From the UHGV virus genome UHGV-1353844: a stretch of 64,000 bases of DNA; one strand, written 5' to 3'. Shown here in pieces: positions 18,137 through 27,586 of this stretch. Each line of letters opens with the position of its first letter. Within the stretch, counting starts at the first letter, position 1. The position numbers and the translations under genes are program-made. The notes beneath the pieces are model-generated. The model was not told where the DNA came from and searched no databases. It was given only the letters and a program-made list of their open reading frames with translations. Source of the DNA: a virus.

Positions 18137-18919
18137 TTAAACACGTGAACCATATATTGCACCTACTGCGTCCCATCTTGGCGCATTACCTCTAACGGCT
18201 GCACCAGCGGCTCCGCCGTTATATTCTGTACCGTTACCATGAGTATTACATCTTCCTCCAGCAGCACCGACATTACCACCCGAACCGCCTGTATATGCAC
18301 TAAGAGACCCCTCACCAACAGATCCTCTACCAGGAGCGGAAATAGTACCAGCAGCTGCACCGGAACTCATATGTGAGGAAGACCCACCAGCACCGAATGG
18401 GCGACCACCGCCACCACCAAATATTAGTCTACCCCTGTTACCGCCGCCACCGCCGCCACCGCCTCCGGCAATAGCGCCACGGTTGGTTATACGCAGTCTG
18501 TTTCCTATTCCGTTCTGTATTGCGGTTCCACCTGCACCGCCTGGTGAGTTAGAACCGCCGTTGCCTCCTCTGCCGTATACTGTAACCCCAGGATTGATGA
18601 TGAGTGTAATATACGAATTTGGAAGATTGCTAGGGAATTCTAAACAAGGAACCCCGCTACTATAAGACACTAAATCCCCTGTAATGGTCACAACGACAGC
18701 ATTAGAGCCTATAGAACGTAAATAGTTAATAAGCGTATCTTTATTGTAATTGTGATTAGCCCCGATCGAATACTGAACCTCTTTTGATTTTCCCGCCAAT
18801 TGCGACATCCAGCCTGGAACCGGCACACCAAGTGTGCGCATCGCGCCAGACATCCAATCGTTACCAGTTTCAGCTTTTGCTGAAGAACCAATCCAACCAC
18901 CTACGCCGACAACTGCCAT
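18137..18919 (-). CDS. glycine-rich protein immediately downstream of tail fibre (possible adhesin or tip protein)
   Basis: poly-Gly tracts (GGGGGGGGGN, GGGGRPFGAGG); start overlaps fibre stop (TAATG). Confidence 0.6.
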   Translation of the reverse strand: MAVVGVGGWIGSSAKAETGNDWMSGAMRTLGVPVPGWMSQLAGKSKEVQYSIGANHNYNKDTLINYLRSIGSNAVVVTITGDLVSYSSGVPCLEFPSNLPNSYITLIINPGVTVYGRGGNGGSNSPGGAGGTAIQNGIGNRLRITNRGAIAGGGGGGGGGNRGRLIFGGGGGRPFGAGGSSSHMSSGAAAGTISAPGRGSVGEGSLSAYTGGSGGNVGAAGGRCNTHGNGTEYNGGAAGAAVRGNAPRWDAVGAIYGSRV

Positions 18920-21900
18920 TAGGATCTTCCTTTAATTTCGTTAACCTCTTGACGCAACGCTTTCATACCCTCTACTAACAGCGCAATAACGCCATTGTAG
19001 TTTAGACGTAAACGTTTTTCGCCTGAAATGGCATCATCATCCTCAGACACAAGTTCAGGTAACGCTTCTAATGCGTCTTGAGCAATTAGACCTACCGAAG
19101 TGTTCCAACCGTCGTCTGGATGTTGAACCTCGTACAGATAGCCGGTAAGCGCTTCTAACCGATCCAAAGCCTTATCCAGCTTCACCAGATTACGTTTGTT
19201 GCGACGGTCAGAACGAATCTGTACGTCGTTAAACGAACCGTTACCGTTGCTAGAAATGTTATGACCAAAGGTTACTTGACCGTTAGAGTTATTAAAATAC
19301 AACGGACGTAGTCCGTTCCAGGAACCCGTTGCGGCTTGTCCGGAGTCGGTTACTAAGAAATAGGTATTGGCACCATCATTACGTAAAATGAAACCGCAGC
19401 TACCGTAAGCGATTCGGAAATCAGCATACTTCGTAACCAGTTTACCGTTAACCGTTAAATCGCCAGTGACAGTACCGCCGCTGTTCTTCAAAAACAGCGC
19501 ATCAATCCAGCCTGCAAATCCTGACTTATTGATGTATAAATTTCCATCATTTGCCAGAATGCCGCCACCCGGCGTCTTGAGAGGCTGACTCACATTTTGC
19601 AGCGTCAGCACACCATTCAATTGACCGCCAGATAATGGCAACGCCCCAACATCCGCAGCAGTTGGCTTGTTTTTCGTATTGTAAGCGCGACGCCAACCTG
19701 GTGAGTAAGCATCACCGTTATTTACGTAGATAAACTCCGCATTAGTGAGTGCGCCGCCGACGCTCGTCGTTGTGGGGGTCGTTATACGGATCGTGTAGTT
19801 GTTTGCGCTGTTACTAATCACTTCTATAACAGCCCCAGCTAACGGAATAACACCACAACCCGTCTCGCTGTTCGGTATGGACGCACTAGCAGCATAAGCC
19901 CATGCACAGCGAGCAACCCATGATTTTGTGGTAAACGCGCCGTTATTTTGCAATAACGTCACTAGCTGTGCTGTAGTTATTGCGCCGCCGTCTTTACCAG
20001 TCTCCAACCAACCAGTGGGCGAAGCCGGACAACCTATATCGGCAGGCCCTAACGATATATTTCTAGTACCGTCAAATGCGATACCGTTAATGGTACGCGC
20101 TGTCTGCAACTTTGTTGCCGTGGCTGCGTTTCCGGTAGTCGACTGATTACCCGTCTGGTTTACACCGGGCAGACTAATGTCTTGCGAACCGTCAAAGTTA
20201 ACACCGCCGATCTTACGTGCTGTTTGTAACTTAGTAGCGGTCGCTGCATTACCTGTCGTATTCTGGTTGCCTTGCTGGTTAACCCCCGGTAAATTGATAT
20301 CCCCAGTACCGTCAAAGGTAACGCCGCCGATTCTGCGAGCGGTTTTCAGTTTCGTCGCGGTAGCGGCATTGCCAGTAGTATCCTGATTACCGGTGGTATT
20401 TACACCAGGAATACTGTCACGGGCAGTATAAACTTGTGCCCAATCTGACCACGGCGCATCAGCCGTATCGCGTCGACTACGAATATAAACGGGTGCGTGT
20501 GCACCACTCGTGCCCGACCAACCAATTAACAACTCACCTTCGCCTAGCGCATTAGCACCACCTAAGTGCAGCAAGTTACCATAGGCGGTTGGATAACCGT
20601 TATTGTAAACTTCGTACATCTGGATACCAGGTGTACCCTTGTTCGACCCGGTCAGAGCGGTAACCCGTCCACGACCTACCAAGGTGTTGATATTGATGTC
20701 TCCAGAGCCATCGAATTTCACACCGTTAATATTTCTGGCGGTTTGAAGTTTAGTGGCTGTCGCGGCGTTACCTGTGGTGTTTTGATTACCTTGTTGGTTA
20801 ACACCTGGGAGGTTAACGTCGCCGCTGCCGTCGAAAGCGACCCCGCCAATTCTACGCGCAGTCTGGAGCTTAGTGGCGGTTGAAGCATTGCCGGTTAACT
20901 CACCTGCTAACCCTTTTGCAAAGGTCTGTTTCTCTGCCCAAGTGTGGGCTGCGTTCAACACAGGCATCTGTCGTGGCGTAATCGTACGGCTACCCTTCTC
21001 GCCAGCGATACGTACTGCAAAGAAGCGATAGTTAGCAGTAGACACTGTACCGCGCCAGACCAACATACTCCGACCAGTACCGGTGTCCTCTGACGCCCCT
21101 ACGAGAATACTGACCAAGTTACCGTCAATAACACCCCAATCCATTCCCGCAGGAATGTTTTTCATGGTATTCAACGGTGTACTTATCATCTGGCCAGGAA
21201 CGAAATCGAAGGTTTGCCAGTCTAACGGATCGACCTTGGCAGCAACCCCACCGATCCCTAAAGCCAACGGGAGTGAATAGGATGTGAAAATCTCTCGCCA
21301 TTCGCTCCAGGCGTTTCCTGTACGAATTCGTTGGAACTTGCGACCTTTCGTAGTTGCGCCTGTACCGTATGTGGTATAATTTTGTTCAACGCCTGAACCG
21401 TCTAAGCGTAAGGTAACTTCGCAAACACCTAACAAGGTTGCGCCAGCAGAGTCTGTTAACGGACCGTCAGTAGCCTCACCGGTAACACTAAAACGACCAG
21501 GTTTAGTTAAGTCATTAAAGCTACCCTTATAGTAGGCACCGTCTACCTGATACCCAACTTGAATCCAATCTTCCCACTGTGGATTAGACGCATCCCAAGT
21601 CGCAGTCAACCCACGGACATACATCGTACCACGACGAGTGGTGTAACGTTGCATACGTCCGTAGAGACCACCTTCCATTACTTCTAATACACCTTGAGCA
21701 TTACCACCTTCTTCGGGATAATGACGATCGAACGTCGCAAGAGAAGAACTGGAGTTACGCCACTGACCCATGTGTTCAACACCACCTAAAGTGTTAAGGT
21801 CAATAGTGGTGGAGAGCGGACGGTTCGCGGTAGTTGTCATTCTCCAGGGCGACCAAGGGCCGTTAGTACCGTTCCAGGTTCCTGTTAAACGACGAGTATA

Positions 21901-23385
21901 GACGTTACCGTTACGTATGGTAAAACGTTGGCTTCCGCTGTAGTTACCTGCTTTGAATACCTCTAAGTAACCAACTGCATCGTCTTCCGGGAAGTTCTTT
22001 GCAATTGTTGCATTCGTAGACGTGGCTTTAGACCAGACACCCATAAACGCTTCGACTGGGCCGAAGGTGTTGATATCCGCATCTACTGCCATTTCCCCAT
22101 TAAACTTCAAATACGTCTCTGCTGACAACCCGATGTTCTTCGCGAAGGTGACTTTATCTGGAATATCGGCACCGTTAGAACTGCGTTGCATAGCACCCGC
22201 AGCTTTATCAACAGTGGTTTTCAAACCCAGGAAGTTAATGATATCTGCCGTCGACCCTTTCGCTAACAAATCACGCGCAGTCGAGGTGAAATCCGCTAAC
22301 CCTACCTGATTACTACCGGTAAAGTAAGGGAGTTTGTTTGCAGCGGTGGTGACTGCGGCAATCGCTGTCAGTAACGGACTTAACGGCTGTTTACCCGCGA
22401 GTTGGTTCGTCATCGTTGTCGCAAAGTTAGGATCGTTTCCTAACGCAGCTGCAATTTCTGATAACGTATCTAACGTCTCGGGTGAAGAGTCCACTAATTC
22501 AGCAATCGCTTGCCGTACCCATGCGGTCGTTGAGACGCTCGTGTCGTTAGAATCCGAAGCAGGTGTTGGTGCTTTTACCACACCGGTAAAAGTTGGGTTG
22601 TGACGGTTTGCTTTTAACTGCAAATCTTCATTTAACTGCTTAACCGTTGACGGCGTAGCCGCTTCAGTAACAGAGTCACTGCTTAAGGTATTATTAAGTC
22701 TAACGATACCTTTACTGGTCGTTGTTGCATCAACGTTACCTTTTGCAGCGATTTCTTCTGCACGCTTAGCCGCTGCCTCAGAACGCGTTGCCGCATTCTC
22801 TGCGGTTTCTTTGTCTGTGGTAACTTGCGTTGCTGTAGCTTCTACAGCGGCTTTTGACGACTCTACCGACGCGACAGCTTCGTTAACTGCCGTAAGCGAC
22901 TGTTCGACTTGACCGGCTTGTGTGGCAACAGTTTCTGCTTTCTTCGTAACGGTAGTCACCGCTTGTGTGACGTTGGCCTCGCTTGCCGCTACCGCTTGCG
23001 CTTTCTCATTAACGGACACAACCTGGGTATCTACCGCCGTTTTCGCGGCTAACACTTCAGTGTGTTTTGTACCGACTTCAGTTGCTTTTTCGGTTACAGT
23101 TTGCGCTTGTTGAGCAACTGTAGCCGCAACGGTGTCAGTTTGTTGTTTTGCTGTTTCTGCTAAATTCTTTGCTTGTGTAGCCTGAGTTGCAGCTTCTTGT
23201 GATTGTGTTGCTGCTGTTTGTGCATCAGACACCGCATTACGTACGGTGTCAATATCTGCAACGATCTCACGGACAGGTAACTTATAATCTTTCTCATCCT
23301 TGGAAAAAAGTAAAACACCTTCACCTATATCCCCGGTGTATGGACGTAAATCGTGTAAACGAATTTTCTTTACCGCTTTAGCCAT
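18919..23385 (-). CDS. long tail fibre protein with N-terminal anchor, A/T/Q-rich coiled coil, five NTTGNAATATKLQTAR repeats and C-terminal intramolecular chaperone (S74-type autoproteolytic) domain
   Basis: 1488-aa ORF; C-terminal SDRRNKRNLVKLDKALDRLEALTGYLYE segment; repeat motif typical of phage fibre repeats. Confidence 0.85.
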   Translation of the reverse strand: MAKAVKKIRLHDLRPYTGDIGEGVLLFSKDEKDYKLPVREIVADIDTVRNAVSDAQTAATQSQEAATQATQAKNLAETAKQQTDTVAATVAQQAQTVTEKATEVGTKHTEVLAAKTAVDTQVVSVNEKAQAVAASEANVTQAVTTVTKKAETVATQAGQVEQSLTAVNEAVASVESSKAAVEATATQVTTDKETAENAATRSEAAAKRAEEIAAKGNVDATTTSKGIVRLNNTLSSDSVTEAATPSTVKQLNEDLQLKANRHNPTFTGVVKAPTPASDSNDTSVSTTAWVRQAIAELVDSSPETLDTLSEIAAALGNDPNFATTMTNQLAGKQPLSPLLTAIAAVTTAANKLPYFTGSNQVGLADFTSTARDLLAKGSTADIINFLGLKTTVDKAAGAMQRSSNGADIPDKVTFAKNIGLSAETYLKFNGEMAVDADINTFGPVEAFMGVWSKATSTNATIAKNFPEDDAVGYLEVFKAGNYSGSQRFTIRNGNVYTRRLTGTWNGTNGPWSPWRMTTTANRPLSTTIDLNTLGGVEHMGQWRNSSSSLATFDRHYPEEGGNAQGVLEVMEGGLYGRMQRYTTRRGTMYVRGLTATWDASNPQWEDWIQVGYQVDGAYYKGSFNDLTKPGRFSVTGEATDGPLTDSAGATLLGVCEVTLRLDGSGVEQNYTTYGTGATTKGRKFQRIRTGNAWSEWREIFTSYSLPLALGIGGVAAKVDPLDWQTFDFVPGQMISTPLNTMKNIPAGMDWGVIDGNLVSILVGASEDTGTGRSMLVWRGTVSTANYRFFAVRIAGEKGSRTITPRQMPVLNAAHTWAEKQTFAKGLAGELTGNASTATKLQTARRIGGVAFDGSGDVNLPGVNQQGNQNTTGNAATATKLQTARNINGVKFDGSGDININTLVGRGRVTALTGSNKGTPGIQMYEVYNNGYPTAYGNLLHLGGANALGEGELLIGWSGTSGAHAPVYIRSRRDTADAPWSDWAQVYTARDSIPGVNTTGNQDTTGNAATATKLKTARRIGGVTFDGTGDINLPGVNQQGNQNTTGNAATATKLQTARKIGGVNFDGSQDISLPGVNQTGNQSTTGNAATATKLQTARTINGIAFDGTRNISLGPADIGCPASPTGWLETGKDGGAITTAQLVTLLQNNGAFTTKSWVARCAWAYAASASIPNSETGCGVIPLAGAVIEVISNSANNYTIRITTPTTTSVGGALTNAEFIYVNNGDAYSPGWRRAYNTKNKPTAADVGALPLSGGQLNGVLTLQNVSQPLKTPGGGILANDGNLYINKSGFAGWIDALFLKNSGGTVTGDLTVNGKLVTKYADFRIAYGSCGFILRNDGANTYFLVTDSGQAATGSWNGLRPLYFNNSNGQVTFGHNISSNGNGSFNDVQIRSDRRNKRNLVKLDKALDRLEALTGYLYEVQHPDDGWNTSVGLIAQDALEALPELVSEDDDAISGEKRLRLNYNGVIALLVEGMKALRQEVNEIKGRS
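20040..20420 (-). repeat. imperfect ~120-bp tandem DNA repeats inside fibre gene encoding the GNAATATKL repeats
   Basis: three successive units ending ccgtcaaa(g)ttaacaccgccgat / ccgtcaaaggtaacgccgccgat. Confidence 0.6.
20693..20895 (-). repeat. second block of the same fibre repeat
   Basis: units gccatcgaatttcacaccgttaat / gccgtcgaaagcgaccccgccaat. Confidence 0.55.
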
Positions 23386-23419
23386 GATATTTAATTCTCT
23401 ATCGGGAGCTAAAAGATCT

Positions 23420-23453
23420 GGGGGAGGTAAAGCACCTCCCCCAACATTTTTAT
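23420..23453 (-). other. GC-rich hairpin between enzyme gene and fibre gene (attenuator or terminator)
   Basis: gggggaggt-aaagc-acctccccc. Confidence 0.4.
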
Positions 23454-23463
23454 AAGCGGGTTA

Positions 23464-26400
23464 TTATTGCTCCGGTTTTAATGGAACATCTTCTATCGTT
23501 AACGTAACGTCTAAGACCGCTTGACTGTGGTCAGTAATCGCTAAGTCACGATAAATATTAGCGTTGGGTCCGTAGGTTTTATAAGTAACGTAGAGACCTA
23601 ACGCACGTAGCACTTCTCCAGTGTAGAACCCATAAGCCATTCCGTTATCAGAAGACTCTCGAGCGGCTGGAGACCACGCTCCATTAATCGGCTTATTCGG
23701 AATTGAGGTAATCGTAAACCCTTCACCTAACTCCTTAATTGCCGCATTAACCACTTTTTCGTAGTTCGGATTCGTTGCACCGGCGAGTAATGCCCAGCAA
23801 CACCCTGCTAACCACAACCCACACATATGTGCGGTGAAGTCGTTTTCCACCCAAACAGCTTTATCCGGTGCTGTAGGGAACTCGTTAGGAGTGTGGCCGT
23901 TAAACCGATCCACAAACCCACCTAGCCAATTCACCCAGTTGTCAATATAGGTTGTTAACGCCTCGGGAACGTCTTTACCTCGCAGTTTCAGTTCGTACCA
24001 ACACCGACACGCAGCATGAAACGCGCGAGGCTGATACCCTGCCCAAGGATGGTCATCACCCCAATGGAACGTCGTCCAGGTATCCGCTTCTCCGTAGCTG
24101 TAGTTGTCCCAACGGTTCCAGATATAAGCTGCGCAACCAGGTCCTAATTCCCCAATTTGCTGTTGGTAAGCCAACTGCGAATCGTGCAGGAATTGAATCT
24201 GGTTATCTAACCACAACTTATACCGGTCGTCTTTGTGGATACTGTACATAAACGGATACTGATAACCTGGATAAGGCATCCCGTGCCAAGCACCTAACTG
24301 TTCTGAACCTTCTAAGTAGCTGTTCGTGAACGGTATCGTACCCGGACAGTACGCTAACGAATCCAATCGGTAATCTACAATCGTACAATCACCCACCTTT
24401 GCATCAAACTCTGCACCACCGCGTAAGGCAATACGGAAGGTTAAAATATAACCATCGTCTTTATTAAAGACCGGTGGGACATCGTTAACACAATAGTAAG
24501 CAAAGTGTGCATGGTCAACTGTGGAGTCAGGAAGAATCGTGACCTGATCCACCTTATCGAAATTCGGTGCTGAAGGTTTAGGGTCAGCGTCTGTGTGGTC
24601 TGGCTGATAACCGGAAAGTGTGGCTTCATCCGGATTCAACGTTACCTGACGCCATTCGTTGTTTGTGTTGGGTAACATCCACCACCAAAGCCAGTTATCA
24701 CTGTCGACTAAACGCAAGTTAAAATCTGCGTCTGCACGGTAAACAATAGAAACGGGTTTTACCTTCTCTTCAGCGGTTAACCAAAACCCGATAATAAACC
24801 CGGCACTGTCATCAGGAAATTCCGCTTCTACCACGGTACCCGCGCGACCATCGTAAATGCTATCCTCAAAACGTTCTTCCCACGTACAACCACCGTAGTC
24901 CGAACACGCACGGGCTTCAGCTATCAGGTAGTCTCCCCCTTCTGGGGTGGTAATACGGGAAAGTTGGCCTAAGTCAACATCGTACTGTTTAACGGTATTT
25001 ACCGTAGACCGAGGTAAGGTTAAACCGTACCAGTTTACCTCCTCGGTATCAGCTTTCGCAGGGTTAATGTTCACCATCACTTTACAGTAGACAGGATCGC
25101 CATTCTTACAAACTCCACCGTACGTGACACGTAGTTTAGAGTCTTTGTTAATCCTGAACCTAACCGCTTTTTGCTCCATAAAGTGCTGCGCCGCTTCAGG
25201 CACGTGGATGGTAATGTCTCCATTCTCATCACGGCCGTAGGTGGCACTTACGGTATCTGGGTAATCGAAATCGTACGAAATACCGTCAGTAAACGGTGTA
25301 TCCGCAGCGGTAGAACGACGGAAGAATTTATCTGTCGCATCAATATACGTGTACTCATGTGCGGTGTAGAAAGCACAGTCTAATGCTTGTTTGTATTTCT
25401 CTTCACCTGTGATTCGCCACAGCAAATAACAGGCGTCGATAAACCACAGTTCAGCATCAGCGGCGTTACCGTATTGGTTTTTCGACCCTAAGAACGGTGT
25501 GTGGACCGGACGGTTGTGCCACGGCTCATTACGTTTAAATTCGTAACCGCCGTGTTCGACAGGAAGTTTTACCGCGTAGTTAATTAAATAGACACCGTTT
25601 AACTGTGTGTCTTTTAACTGTACGGTACCTTTATCAGCGTCTGCTAATCCCGTCTCAATAATTTCACCATCCTGGATTTTGTTACCCGTCCAGGCAATTA
25701 TCCAGTCAACGTCGTGTTTAGGAGCTTTTGTTGCAGAGCCGCCCCAAAGCGGGGTGTAACCTGTAGTATTATTTAGCAGTGTTGGCCAATCGACCCAAGC
25801 TGTGCTTTCGTAAGGCTTATCAGGATTAGTAATAACGTGAGTTAAAACGTCTTCCCAATTAATCGACCCTTCTTTGTCTTCCTTGATAATCTGTACATCT
25901 GCGTTAATCGCGGCCCAGGCAGGGTGGCCACGATATGCAAACGTACAGATATCCAAATACTCTCCCCAGAAAGGTGCACCGTGCGGTATCTTACATTGGC
26001 CATTTGTAAACCTTACAGGAACACATTTATACCCGCCGTTGGTAGGTTCCGTAGGGTGAATAGGATAGTGTGCTAATACCGGTTCTTTCCCGTTTACTAA
26101 CCAGTTACAAATCCGACGCTGGGGTGTTGTCGGAATAGGCTGTCCGGCGTAGAAGTACGTGTTGTACGCATCCCAGGCGTGTTTCGCAGCATCTAACCAT
26201 CTTTCGTCTTTTGTTGCGATATACATGTGGCAATAACCGATAATGTGTAACGACTGACCCTCGGTCGTTGCGTCACCGTTCGGTTGGTATTCCGCCATGG
26301 TATCAGCGATGAAATGACGGTTATTCGACAGAACACCTTCTTCGTTTTGAATGTAATGATCGATATGTGCGTCGTTAGTCGTTCCCGTATTCCGGGTAAC

Positions 26401-26469
26401 GAAGGATTGGTGACCGTAAGCTAACGATAACGCGTAGCTAATCGCGTGACGCTGAAAATGTTTTCTCAT
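23464..26469 (-). CDS. large W/Y-rich enzyme-like tail protein (candidate polysaccharide-degrading depolymerase)
   Basis: 1001-aa ORF rich in Trp/Tyr/Asp; lies in-frame directly after anchor ORF, separated only by TAA. Confidence 0.65.
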   Translation of the reverse strand: MRKHFQRHAISYALSLAYGHQSFVTRNTGTTNDAHIDHYIQNEEGVLSNNRHFIADTMAEYQPNGDATTEGQSLHIIGYCHMYIATKDERWLDAAKHAWDAYNTYFYAGQPIPTTPQRRICNWLVNGKEPVLAHYPIHPTEPTNGGYKCVPVRFTNGQCKIPHGAPFWGEYLDICTFAYRGHPAWAAINADVQIIKEDKEGSINWEDVLTHVITNPDKPYESTAWVDWPTLLNNTTGYTPLWGGSATKAPKHDVDWIIAWTGNKIQDGEIIETGLADADKGTVQLKDTQLNGVYLINYAVKLPVEHGGYEFKRNEPWHNRPVHTPFLGSKNQYGNAADAELWFIDACYLLWRITGEEKYKQALDCAFYTAHEYTYIDATDKFFRRSTAADTPFTDGISYDFDYPDTVSATYGRDENGDITIHVPEAAQHFMEQKAVRFRINKDSKLRVTYGGVCKNGDPVYCKVMVNINPAKADTEEVNWYGLTLPRSTVNTVKQYDVDLGQLSRITTPEGGDYLIAEARACSDYGGCTWEERFEDSIYDGRAGTVVEAEFPDDSAGFIIGFWLTAEEKVKPVSIVYRADADFNLRLVDSDNWLWWWMLPNTNNEWRQVTLNPDEATLSGYQPDHTDADPKPSAPNFDKVDQVTILPDSTVDHAHFAYYCVNDVPPVFNKDDGYILTFRIALRGGAEFDAKVGDCTIVDYRLDSLAYCPGTIPFTNSYLEGSEQLGAWHGMPYPGYQYPFMYSIHKDDRYKLWLDNQIQFLHDSQLAYQQQIGELGPGCAAYIWNRWDNYSYGEADTWTTFHWGDDHPWAGYQPRAFHAACRCWYELKLRGKDVPEALTTYIDNWVNWLGGFVDRFNGHTPNEFPTAPDKAVWVENDFTAHMCGLWLAGCCWALLAGATNPNYEKVVNAAIKELGEGFTITSIPNKPINGAWSPAARESSDNGMAYGFYTGEVLRALGLYVTYKTYGPNANIYRDLAITDHSQAVLDVTLTIEDVPLKPEQ

Positions 26470-26931
26470 TTAGTAACCCGCTGCAAGAAGAGAACCTTTC
26501 CAAGTGGCACCCCCGTCAAGGGTATAAAGCGACAGAGTGTCTTCCGCATTTGCCGTGTAGGATAAAACCGGTTTTGCACCGTGAGGCCACTTAACGTTTT
26601 CAGGCCAGGTTACTTTATTCGCCCCTGTTCCCTGCTTAAACGTTAGCATTACTTCGAAACGGGTATTTTCCGCAACGTTAGTAAGGGCTGCGAACGTCAC
26701 CGTAGTAGTGGGATCGTTTAACACCAGAATAATGTCAGTGCTGGTATTGAAATCCAACGTGGCGGCATTATTCGAACCGTTAACCGTGGTGACTGTCGCA
26801 ACCGGGGCTAACTTATCAACATCAATTTTATATTCTTTATTGTCTTTGCTATACAGCAGTACCCCGCCCTGCGGTGTGCCTGCGTAGCTTTCGAGCTCAT
26901 GGAGTCTCGTCTTCTTCAGTGCTGTCGCCAT
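26470..26931 (-). CDS. tail-fibre N-terminal anchor-domain protein
   Basis: MATALKKTRLHELESYAGTPQGGVLLYSKDNKEYK aligns with fibre N-terminus MAKAVKKIRLHDLRPYTGDIGEGVLLFSKDEKDYK; ATG at 26931 with SD GAGG. Confidence 0.6.
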   Translation of the reverse strand: MATALKKTRLHELESYAGTPQGGVLLYSKDNKEYKIDVDKLAPVATVTTVNGSNNAATLDFNTSTDIILVLNDPTTTVTFAALTNVAENTRFEVMLTFKQGTGANKVTWPENVKWPHGAKPVLSYTANAEDTLSLYTLDGGATWKGSLLAAGY

Positions 26932-27460
26932 CTGTAACCTCGAATGTAAGAACGGCATTGTCACCAATACAGAAGATTGCATCTTCTTCGTTTGCTAATG
27001 CCCGTTCGGTTGTATCAAACAACGTCACCATAAACGCGTTCATCCACGCAGGAGAATCGTCGGCAACGTTAACGGAAATGGGATCGTTACCTAAAGTGAT
27101 ATCTGAAGCACGTAAATCCTCGGGTTGTAAGTTCGTTCCGCAGAATTCATTTACAACACTAAGAATGTCACGAACGTTGTCTTCAGTACCGTCTAACGAA
27201 ATCAGAATGGGTTCATACGTTAATACTTCATCTGCGTCGAGTCTGTCGTAATAAACCACAACAGACGCACCATCTGGTTTTCTGATTTTACTGATTTCGG
27301 TAATGGTGTTACGACGCGAAGTTGTTGGAGATGAGTTTGTTACGGTCCCGCTAATACGTATTTCGTTTAGCGTAAGCTGTAACCCATTATCGTGATTGAT
27401 TAAAGCGACCACTAGCTCTGCTGAGGTCAGACTCAAATCAGGTACGTATGGTGTGGCCAC
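26897..27460 (-). CDS. paralog-family protein (PDLSLTS, VYYDRL); GTG start
   Basis: 187-aa ORF; paralog of 16961-17473. Confidence 0.6.
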   Translation of the reverse strand: MATPYVPDLSLTSAELVVALINHDNGLQLTLNEIRISGTVTNSSPTTSRRNTITEISKIRKPDGASVVVYYDRLDADEVLTYEPILISLDGTEDNVRDILSVVNEFCGTNLQPEDLRASDITLGNDPISVNVADDSPAWMNAFMVTLFDTTERALANEEDAIFCIGDNAVLTFEVTDGDSTEEDETP

Positions 27461-27473
27461 TTAACCCTCCGAG

Positions 27474-27521
27474 ATCAAAAAAAAATAAAACACCTACCGC
27501 CCATAGAATCGGGCGGTAGGA
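27474..27521 (-). terminator. rho-independent terminator
   Basis: cctaccgccc-atagaatc-gggcggtagg hairpin preceded by A9 run on plus strand. Confidence 0.7.
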
Positions 27522-27586
27522 GACTATTCTGTAGTTAAAAATCAAGAATGATTAGTGATTTTTCCGGAAGATTTCGATAGAATTTT

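Noticed and set aside
19928-23381. Several 60-105-aa plus-strand ORFs inside the tail fibre gene
   Set aside because: Antisense shadows of the long fibre ORF, including its repeat region; no start context
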